A program made the translations under genes and the position numbers. This document shows, piece after piece, positions 55,301 through 64,000 of a stretch of DNA of 64,000 bases. Origin of the DNA: Amoebidium appalachense (lineage: Eukaryota > Protista > Ichthyosporea); contig CAVNZM010000013.1 in NCBI GenBank assembly GCA_963693365.1, forward strand, positions 5,818,640-5,882,639, read 5' to 3'. Under the pieces are notes generated by a model that was not told the origin of the DNA, searched no databases, and saw only the letters and a program-made list of their open reading frames with translations. Every line of letters begins with the position of its first letter. Position 1 is the stretch's first letter.

Positions 55301-56992
55301 CTATTCTTCACATACACCCATGCCAATCCGCTTTTCGTAAAAACAATTCATGTTATGTTCAAATAATGGCACTGCACGATTCTATGCAAGTTGGTGCACA
55401 ATATGTTGGCTTTATTGATTGGAAAACTGCTTACGATTCTGTCTCCCCTGGTCTCCTATGGGAAAAGCTTGCTGCACGGGGTGTACCACACTGCATTGGT
55501 GTTCTGTTAGAAGCACTCTTGTCTCAAACCTATGGTAGAGCTGTGGTTAATGGGCATCTTTCATATGGTTTTGCTCGTACTAGAGGTCTCTTGCAGGGTT
55601 CATTGCTTAGCCCCTTTTTGTTTAACCTATTTATAGATGATTTGGCTGTCAAGATTTACGCCGAAAACGATGACCCTATTAATAACTTTCCGCCTGCACT
55701 TCTCTATGCTGATGATCTGTCCCTCCTTGCCCGTACCCCTAGACGCCTGCAAAGATTGTTCGATGTAGTGTCAGAGTGGTGCAAGGCAAACCTTATGATC
55801 CTTAACATAGACAAATGTGGTGTTCTTGTACCTGATATAGCTAACAATTTACACACATTTACATTATCATCTAAACCTGTACCTATAGTTCCAGAATACA
55901 AATATCTTGGTGTTCCGGTTGATTCTGTTGGTGTTATGTTTCCCCATATGGTCGAAAAGAGGGTAGAGTTGGCTCGTAAGCGGTTAGCTTTCTTCTCGGC
56001 TAATATTTTTAAAGACACACCCCTCCATCCTTCTATTAGACTTACATTTATTCGCACTTTTGTCTTCCCGGCATGTGAATATGGTTTACCCCTTCTCGCC
56101 GCTTGGATCAAGAAAGAGAGAACTAGAGCGCTTAAACCCTTGGCAAATTTCCTTGAAGCAGAAGTTGCCTCCTTTCTATCTAACAACTGTTGTAAACCTG
56201 GGCCTGTAACGCTCTCGATATATGGTCTGGTCCCAATAGCTGCTAGAGTATCCTATCTCGCGCTGAAATTCAATAAGCACATAAGCCGCTTAAAGAAGTA
56301 TTTGCCCTCCCACCCTCTCTTCTCTATCCGACCTGTCCCCTCCTCACCTCTCCCCTCTTTCCTCCCCTCTCTCTCCCCTTCTCCCCTGGGCACAAATACA
56401 AATAAACCCCGCAATAGTGTGTGTGTGACTTTGGACTGCCACTTACTTATTAAACATGTACACAATCACAAGATAATCACGCAATATAACAAATGGAAAA
56501 AGATACCACACGACACTAGACCCGATGAAAGCATACACCTTGAAAAACTAAGCCTTATGTCTCGTTTTATATATACTGACCGCCTCAACCATATTGCCAA
56601 ATATGGCACTCGCAAGTGTATAACACCTAAATACATATTACCTTCCTGTAGAACTGGTCTTTCTCTAGCTGATGGTATTATTGATCAATTACCACGCTTT
56701 TACTGTACACGTGCTATACAGTGGAGATCTAATAAGTATAAGGTGGCATCATTTGCATGCCCAAACAACACACACACACACCAGTTTAACCGGTCATGTA
56801 TCGCCAAATGTAGTTTGATAGACCACATAATACCGCAACACACACACGTCACATTCACAACAGACACCCAGAAAGATAGCCTACCTGTAAATTACAACAT
56901 CCTTGATTTTATACTAAACACGTGTAACTACGACCTGTTTATTAGATGTATTGATTGGCTTGAGAAACACATCACTACAAAATTATAGGGCA

Positions 56993-57067
<75 letters not shown>

Positions 57068-57099
57068 CCAGCTGATACCGAGTGTCCCGAGGGGAGCCC

Positions 57100-57153
<54 letters not shown>

Positions 57154-57761
57154 GGGGAACCCCAACTAATTGATTTCTCCTTGTAGTCTTTATGGTGTCT
57201 CGTAGAGAAAGTAAACCCTGATATATAGTCACCACCCGACATCTATGTACGTGATCATGATATACCGCTGAGGGGATATTCCGAGCAAACCCCCCCCCCC
57301 CCATACCTGAGACTGGTTCTCTTTGCCTCGAGTAAACAGCGTAAACCCCGCAAGAGTATGGATGTAAATCAATAGAGGGGGAATATAAGGAGGTGATGTG
57401 AATGTGACTAGATAGAGGGAGCATGTAGAAAGGGGGCATAGATGTGGCTAGATAGAAGAAGTATAAATGAAGGGGCAAGAACATGAGTCGATAAAGGGAG
57501 CATGTAAGGAGGGAGGGGGATGGATGCTACTTGACTAATAGCAGATTGGGCATAAAGGAGGTGGATGTGATTCGATAGAGGGAGAATGCAAGCAGGGGTA
57601 TAACCTCGATAGTTGGAGTGTGAAGTACGAGTGAAGCCTGGATCGAGGATTATGAGAGGAGGAGATAGGCGAAGATGGAGAGGCTAAGAGAATAAATGCT
57701 AGTGGCATGCCACGATTTCTGTGTGTGCCGGTATGTTTGTGTGTTTTGGGGGCTCTTTTTT

Positions 57762-57792
<31 letters not shown>

Positions 57793-57894
57793 GAAGAGAG
57801 GAGGTGGGGGAAGGGGAAGAAGCTTTAAAGAATGGGTCGGGAAAGGAGAGACTAGGGAGTCGGACGTGCAGAGGTGGTTATGTGTGTATGTCCC

Positions 57895-57972
<78 letters not shown>

Positions 57973-58343
57973 ACGCCCTCGCGCCTCGCGCGTCGCGCGT
58001 GTGCGTGCATGCCTGTGTGCGCATATGTGTTTGTGTGTGTGTGTGTGTGTAAGGGGGGGGGAGGGGGGGGGGGGGGGCACATACCAATGGGGTAAGCAGA
58101 GGCACAGTCAATACCGAAAAAATAGCATCAATCAGCAATAGGAAAAAGGAAAGGTAGAGGGGGGTCCCGGGAAGTTTGGCATCCAGAGGGATCCAGCTTG
58201 TCCAATAGAATGCTTGCACCAAGTTGGCAATCCAGCCAACAAACGTGATGCACAGGAGGACCACCAGTTGCTGTTTGTGTGTGTGTGTACGTGTACGTGT
58301 ACATGTACATGTTTGTGTGTGTGTGTTTGTGTGTGTGTGTATG

Positions 58344-58426
<83 letters not shown>

Positions 58427-58460
58427 TGTGTGTCTGTGTATGTCTGTGTGTGTGTGTGTA

Positions 58461-58497
<37 letters not shown>

Positions 58498-58850
58498 GCG
58501 TGTGGGCTCGGACACACGTGTGTATGGGCGTGATTGAGTGAGTGCGTGCTTTTGTGCGCATGGGTGTGCACGCTGTAAATGGCACACGGTGTGTGTTTGT
58601 CGTTGTTGGGAGAAGGTAGGAGGGTATTAGGAGGGGGTGTCATATTGGGAACACGGAGTAACAGGCGAGGAAGGAGAGGGTCGGTGCAGAGTTACGGGAA
58701 ATGTTACAAGGCCTAAGGGCACCCGCCATTGTGCAAGTAACTTTCGGGGTGCTGGGGGGGAGGAGGGAGGGGGGGTTTTAGCAGTGGGTGAGGGAAACAG
58801 AGCAGTGAATAGGAGGAGTGGTGTTGGTGTTGGTGTGGTGGTGGTGGTGG

Positions 58851-58885
<35 letters not shown>

Positions 58886-59595
58886 AAAGATGAAGGAAAC
58901 CAGAACGGAATCTTACCTCTGGCAGCTGCCACCATTTGACACTTCCACTCTCCACGTTGGTGTTTTCCCGGACGAAAATACCCGTGTTTTGATTACAATT
59001 TCCTTGTGTCGGTGCATTCTCACTGCCGTGAACTCCTCCAAATTCCACACTGCCCGCACTTTCCACCACTTTTGTTTCTTTCGGAGCAGAATCCATTAAA
59101 CTGTCAGCCTTTTCTTGCACAGTTTCATCCTCATCGCCAACATAAATCGAACCTTTTTCCTTATCGTAATCCGGCGTCACATGTTGGATATCCACATTCG
59201 ATGTATCACCAACCTTACGCAAAGGAACCTCCTTTGCACACATGCACGTGATCAGAGCACTTGTCGCCAACAAACCCCCGCCCACCACAAAAAGCGCGTG
59301 TGCGTGCGCGTACGGTCCGTCCAAATAAGGAAATAGTGGGGTTAAGGGTATCGAACCCAACATTAATGCAAGCAGTCTCCCGCCCAATTGCAGCGCAGTA
59401 TATGTCGCCTCTGCCCGGTGAACATCGTCCGGCTGGCTGCCTGCTAGATCCCCCACGAGTGTTCTACTGAGACCTAAAAGACTGTCGTGGCTGATGTCGA
59501 TGAGGGCAAACGAAGTGAAGCAAAGGAATATGGATACCCATGTTGCTCCGACCACCGCGTGCGTGGAGAGAACAAGGACCACGATGCCCACCAAG

Positions 59596-59681
<86 letters not shown>

Positions 59682-60010
59682 TAGTGGTGGTGGTGGGGGG
59701 GGGGGGGGGGGGAGGGGGGAGGGGGGGGGGGGGGAGGGGAGGGGGGGGGGAAGGAAAGGAGAGGGGGGGGAAGGGAGGGGTGGGGGAGAAGGGGCACGTG
59801 CAATGTTGCATTTGTTTTTGCCTGGGAGTGTGTGTGTAGGGGGCATTTGGTGTGTGTCTGTTGGTCTATATATCGGGGTAGAAAAGGGTGTATGAGGGCT
59901 GGGTGGGGAGAGGAGTAGAAGGGGTACGAGGAGAAGCGTTAGTTACATGTATGTTTGCTAGGATGTGTGTGTATGTGTGCGCGCGCGTGTGTGTGCGTGT
60001 GTGTGTGCAA

Positions 60011-60045
<35 letters not shown>

Positions 60046-60818
60046 CGCGCGCGCATATTTGTGGAGGCGGTTGAAACATCAGAAGAGAAGTGGTCTTTGT
60101 CCTGGGGGAAAGGGTGGGGCTAGGCCGGGGGGGGGGGGGGGGGGGGGGGGTTTGAGGGACGTTTGCTAGAAAAATATGAATTTGAGTTGCAATTAGTCTG
60201 TCGCAACACCAAAAACCTAGCTCGAACTACCTTTTTATTTTTTTTTGCAATAATTTGGGTATCTGCACAACATCAGCTTTTCCCTCTGCCAGAATGCAAA
60301 TATATTGTGAACTAAACAGTGGAAAACACTCACCTCAGCACGACCAACCCGACAATAAACGGTCGTCTCCTCCCCCACCTACACGTGCACCTATCACTTG
60401 CAGCACCAAGGGCAGGCAGTACAAATATGCCAACCACAGGGTTGACCACCCACACCAGCCCCGCCACAGCTAAGGGCAGACCCAGGGCGGCCAAATAGGG
60501 AATAATGAGCGCCTCCCCCGCGGCCCACATGTACTCGATGGATATTGCTATTGCACTGTACCCGGTAAGATGCAGGTGTGTGGGGGAACGAGGTGTAGGA
60601 GGGATGGTGGTTGTTGAACTTTGTAGTGGACGTGACCGAGAAGAGGGTGAATTGTTCGTGGAGGTTTCAAATTCGCCATGGTCGCCGCCAAAAATAGACT
60701 CGGGGTTGATATCTTCACTCGGCGAGTCAATGATGGTGAAGGCATGTTGGTTTTGCACAGGTGTGTTGCTTTGTGGCGTGTGCTTTCCGCCTAAGCCCTG
60801 CCCGTCGTTGTTGTCCAT
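51704..60818 (-). CDS. MFS sugar/H+ symporter, SLC45/SUC(SUT)-like GPH family (~614 aa, 5 exons)
   Basis: Exons 60334-60818, 58917-59595, 58085-58270, 52628-52902 and 51704-51923, all GT-AG and in frame. Motifs [57 protein letters not shown]....RTLVGDL, NPY, G.FSSLVN....AQLI. Confidence 0.92.
53049..53801 (+). CDS. LINE ORF1 protein, N-terminally truncated
   Basis: The frame is open from the 5' junction with no ATG near it ([15 protein letters not shown]...[47 protein letters not shown]...). Its TAA (53799-53801) overlaps the ORF2 start (ATGCCTAA). Confidence 0.75.
   Translation, partial: TQNNTGPEAQLPAEFLEYANSRKTPELRQIAKETYASILAGNEYRRNSPPKPPAKGNTQANGNINIPPKYERVYFKVKHGRRPHRAMWSIFKALGFRCSRILCLSFIGYDVLEVAVRGDYNRAFIRDATKGCGSFFTHLPSYDPCAPENIQKADKERKVSAKNACATRCRVRISKAKEFLAKLENDATSVIDTDTKEPMFSGEKLLERKRRCEMEIELFCELFALAEGRAYDPVSDKWEPTPQVSDQTDA
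53794..56988 (+). CDS. LINE ORF2: apurinic-like endonuclease + reverse transcriptase + Cys-containing C-terminus (1064 aa, intact)
   Basis: APE motifs FWNAR, ICETQ, VYYPP, ILGDFN, SDHSPI. RT motifs [58 protein letters not shown]. Confidence 0.97.
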   Translation: MPNLSFFFWNARTLGPQKGLPPGTLDDKISYIQQQTNNHTFTVICETQFKNHHKFNSTLVDTSTHPGYAKNRGIIVLAAPHVRVKCKPVAKTEFSVSIEFLSNVFTFVYYPPSMSVVELTHELSQLPMSTVILGDFNTRLHHTDTLQVSVGYPSKPPERAIPLARYVQSHTLRFPQISHAHNTDWGVAFWPSTMSKLSLPPNLSRSSDHSPILFLPKISLDLLPPPPPTFRLRLSQLKSQWGRVDVCVCYATKHPIYMRLLESAQARPDSHLVLDTCTNFIVDDLIDLGDYAGGGRKEYPDALLLPNTTPARLGEPLSQKESLRRLASMNRFGPPARIIGDTTGDPLIDSDKYFSELFKDRTPAQKPIVWPVDPSIPIESILPFFSPDAIWSVISSYSSSKSCGPDGLPAGFLKILVPSYPQKESDRAIKPDLTIMLSSLFSWCVKCGHVPSSWLDTLVIPIVKKDSEGPISSFRPITLTQVVRRFFEACLLRLFAHHPRFQSILHIHPCQSAFRKNNSCYVQIMALHDSMQVGAQYVGFIDWKTAYDSVSPGLLWEKLAARGVPHCIGVLLEALLSQTYGRAVVNGHLSYGFARTRGLLQGSLLSPFLFNLFIDDLAVKIYAENDDPINNFPPALLYADDLSLLARTPRRLQRLFDVVSEWCKANLMILNIDKCGVLVPDIANNLHTFTLSSKPVPIVPEYKYLGVPVDSVGVMFPHMVEKRVELARKRLAFFSANIFKDTPLHPSIRLTFIRTFVFPACEYGLPLLAAWIKKERTRALKPLANFLEAEVASFLSNNCCKPGPVTLSIYGLVPIAARVSYLALKFNKHISRLKKYLPSHPLFSIRPVPSSPLPSFLPSLSPSPLGTNTNKPRNSVCVTLDCHLLIKHVHNHKIITQYNKWKKIPHDTRPDESIHLEKLSLMSRFIYTDRLNHIAKYGTRKCITPKYILPSCRTGLSLADGIIDQLPRFYCTRAIQWRSNKYKVASFACPNNTHTHQFNRSCIAKCSLIDHIIPQHTHVTFTTDTQKDSLPVNYNILDFILNTCNYDLFIRCIDWLEKHITTKL

Positions 60819-61027
60819 TTTTTCCAGGATAGGTGCTGGTATTCAAGCTATTTGTGGGAGTTCCGTACATGCTAAACAACCTCTTCACAAACACTGCACC
60901 CTGTCCACGGGTATACTCATAGTTTGCTTCCTTTGTTACCTCCCCAGTAGTGCTTCAAAGAAAAGCGTGAACCTGATCAAGAATAAAGCTAAAAAAATAT
61001 TCACAATTTCCAAATGATCTGTTGCGG

Positions 61028-61108
<81 letters not shown>

Positions 61109-62455
61109 CGCGCGCGCGCGCGTGTGTGTGTCTGTTGTGTGTGCGAGTGCGTGCTTGTGCAGTGTGCGTGTGTAGGTGTGCGAGCGCACGCGTGTTTGTG
61201 TGTGTGGGTGTGGTGATGTCTATTAGCCTCGAATAGATATATATTTATTGATTCAGAAGACCAGCTGGGCTGGATTACAATAGCCTCTAACAGGCACAAG
61301 CAATCACAAAAAGTTTCAAAGGCCGCGGCCGCACAACATAACTCCGGAAGGCTGGCCAGCTATATGTGAGCAAACCGAACGTGAGGCATATCTATCTCAC
61401 GATCATAATGCCGCGGTTCTTTCTTGGTTTCTTGCTTTGGTTCTAGATTTTTTTGTTTCTCACGCGTGCATATGTCATAACATCTCTATGTTGCTATGAC
61501 CGTAATAAGCTACCGGGGTTTTCACCCCTTTCACAGGCTTCAAGCCAACAGTCCCAACACTGTGATGTTACGAATTCTTGAGCTGATAGCGAAGGTTTTG
61601 ACGGGAACTGCAGATAAAATGGGCTTTGATGATTGGATAATTTAAGGATGAGCGAGCTTAAATACAAGTTAGTCTGTCAGCCTTTTACGTCATCAATCAG
61701 ACTTTTTAAACCATGTTTTAATAGAATACATAATTTTCTAGTTTGTCTTTAGACTACATAGTTTTAGTGTCCTGGCCAGCGCGAATTCCAGAACGTTGAA
61801 CATCTCCTTCCCATCATTATGCAAACAACTCTCACTTTCTTGGCTCAACAAGCTCAAGCTCAACTACAAAAAAAAAAACAAGCACATACATATGCTTTAC
61901 GTCAAAACGGACATGTCAGTAATACTGGTCACTGGGAAGTTTGCCGTGTGTTGACTCTAGATATACGTCCGTGTGCATGCAACGCAAGATCATAACGGGC
62001 GTCGAGTTGGTTCACGAAACTTGTTGATTTTTACCGTTTTTATTATCTTTTTTCTTTATTTTACCCTACAATCGCCAGTTATACAGAGATCGTGTTGATT
62101 GCAAGCCTTGAGCCTGACCGTGTCATTGCAAGGCGACGTTGGCTCTGCATACCTGACTCAGACTTCACAACCCCAAACAGTTAAACTCTGGACGTTGACC
62201 TAATTCCGGAAATTCTCCCTTCGCTGTCTCAGACGAACCCTCACGTGCAACAGAACAAGACTATAGCTAGCGTGTATTGCTTGATTATGATTTGAAGGGG
62301 GCCAATGAATAATAGTAATACACAATAGCTTAATAGTACTAGACACATGTAGCACTGAGCTTCTGAGTGCACGGAGTTTTCTATCACAAGACGAGAGTAA
62401 GCGAAAGCACATTGTGTGTAGCGACACAGCAAGAGGCTAAGTTTTCAATCACATC

Positions 62456-63503
62456 ATGTCACCACACACCCACGACGTTGGAGCCCCCTCCCCCACCTCA
62501 CCCATGGATACAAAGCGGCTCTGTCCTGAAATGCCTCCACAGCCCCTGTTCGCCGAGGCCCCTCATGTATGTCATTCCCTTGTTGCCCCCCATGCCGTTG
62601 CACAATCATTATGTGCATATTGAAAATTCTAACTTCACGTTTCTTTGTGCTCCATATGTATGGGGATGATTAAGGGCATATTTGTTATAAAATCTTATTA
62701 TTGTTGGTCTCATTAATGTGCCGCATATCGCTCAGCCAGCATGCCTAGCCCTGGGGAATGACAAAACTTTAGTGATCAATGAAAACTGCTGCATACTAAT
62801 ACGGTGCTTTAGCTGTACGCTAGTGAGAATTATTTTTTTTCTGCGGGGTACACACAAGCCTACCAGGACAATAAAATTAGGACAAGCGAAAAACCTTGAA
62901 GGTGTTCTTTAACTTGGTCAATCCCCTGTCACGTAAGGTCTTTAACCGTGATTGATTATGTATTGGGGATTTAAATTTTTAAATACATATTGAGATGGAA
63001 GACAAAAAAGTCAAGTGTGGGTAACCACCGTCGGTTGAGTCGATAAGGCGTGCAGCCTCTGCTCCCGAGGGAAAGGGGGGAGGGGGGAGAAGGGGAGGGG
63101 CGGCCGGGGGGTGGGGGGGGGGGGGGGGAGGGAGGGGAGGTGGAGGGGAAGGGGAACCTAGGGGGGGGGAGAGGGTCCGTTTTCTTGTGTTGAAGTGTGG
63201 CTGGTGGGCAGGCGATCTATGACTACCACGATACCCAAATATTTTGAATAGGGGGTTATGTATATACATACTGTGTACTCTGTTCCATACACTGTAGATG
63301 GGCCCGATTCTGACTTAGCACAACCACCTTTACCCCCGCAGGATATTCTGTTCCGGGAAGGCAAGGTAGCCGAGGGTACACCCGAGGTGCGGGGATACGA
63401 CTTCAGCCAGGGGCTGGACTATGGCCGGCTGCTGGGCTCTTACCTCACGTCCGGCTTCCAGGCCACCTCCATGGGCCAGGCCGTGAACGAAATCAACCAC
63501 ATG

Positions 63504-63537
<34 letters not shown>

Positions 63538-63563
63538 TTTTCCTCTTCTTCCTCCTTTTTTTT

Positions 63564-63594
<31 letters not shown>

Positions 63595-64000
63595 GAGGGA
63601 AGGGGGGGGACTTTTACCGCTCTATTAACGTGGTGTTTCTCAATCTCATCGACAACAGTTTGTGCGGTAATTGTATTACAACCATCCCTTCACTGTCCCC
63701 CACCTCCGACTTCTCCTGCCTTGCCCCCCTCCCCCCTCCCCCCCCCCCCCCCTGCCCCATCGCCCCCTTTGTCACGCCCCGCTCAGGCGTCCTCCCTATC
63801 CTTGACCGGGGCCGGGACCCGTTACAGATGAGTTTGATGCTCTTGATATTTGGATATCCACTCTGACTGAATACTTAAGGTGTTTGCAAGCCGCAATCAG
63901 GTTCCCAATTTCGTACCTGTAAATGAATGCTTGAATGGCACGACCGCCCTATGCCCACACAGATCAAGTGGAGACTGAGTGACGAACCTCTGAGCCCAAA
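62456..64000 (+). CDS. DHPS: Deoxyhypusine synthase, 5' part (continues beyond window)
   Basis: Exon 63342-63503 [51 protein letters not shown] and exon from 63963 [12 protein letters not shown] match the DHS signature. The first exon 62456-62566 is tentative. Confidence 0.9.

Larger units (their letters stand above)
53048..57349 (+). mobile_element. Non-LTR (LINE) retrotransposon, APE-RT type, 5'-truncated within ORF1, inserted antisense in transporter intron 3
   Basis: 10-bp target-site duplication GCAAGAGTAT at 53038-53047 and 57350-57359. ORF1 and ORF2 overlap by 8 nt. The 3' UTR (56989-57349) contains (CA)n and an internal A49. Confidence 0.9.
52960..57600. repeat. Degenerate ~39-bp minisatellite (GATGTGAYTCGATAGAGGG...) interrupted by the LINE insertion
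   Basis: Units at ~52960-53047 and ~57350-57600 continue in register across the insertion. Confidence 0.7.

Noticed and set aside
57104-57152. A49 as the LINE 3' terminus
   Set aside because: No TSD lies next to it; the TSD and the host minisatellite resume ~200 nt further on.

Overview
Intron-rich eukaryotic genomic DNA, probably a unicellular opisthokont (inferred from gene content). Introns are saturated with poly(G)/poly(C), (CA)n, (GA)n and poly(A) tracts, so most ORFs in the supplied track are artefacts. Spliced genes reconstructed by hand: CRNKL1/crooked-neck (-, 5' part), SNAPIN (-), MED15 (+, ~21 exons), a secreted Cys/Thr-rich repeat protein (-, one frameshift), a head-to-head pair of class C/GABA-B-like GPCRs with bacterial-type sugar-binding ectodomains, an SLC45/SUC-like sugar transporter (-), and the start of deoxyhypusine synthase (+). 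Transporter intron 3 carries a 5'-truncated APE-RT non-LTR retrotransposon with an intact ORF2 and a 10-bp TSD. Four observations stand out. (1) The divergent GPCR pair has complementary acidic/basic C-terminal coiled coils; one partner has lost its G-protein-coupling motifs and carries an RSR motif, suggesting a GABA-B-like obligate heterodimeric sugar sensor beside a sugar transporter. (2) A recently mobile non-coding intronic element family shows covarying RNA structure, an AAAAC-(C)n 3' end and a 1.2-unit partial tandem copy. (3) The LINE 3' UTR has ~30 bp of complementarity to the start of its own ORF2. (4) Several other structured intronic inserts and the LINE end in AAC(C)n. All coordinates, alignments and folds were worked out by eye.
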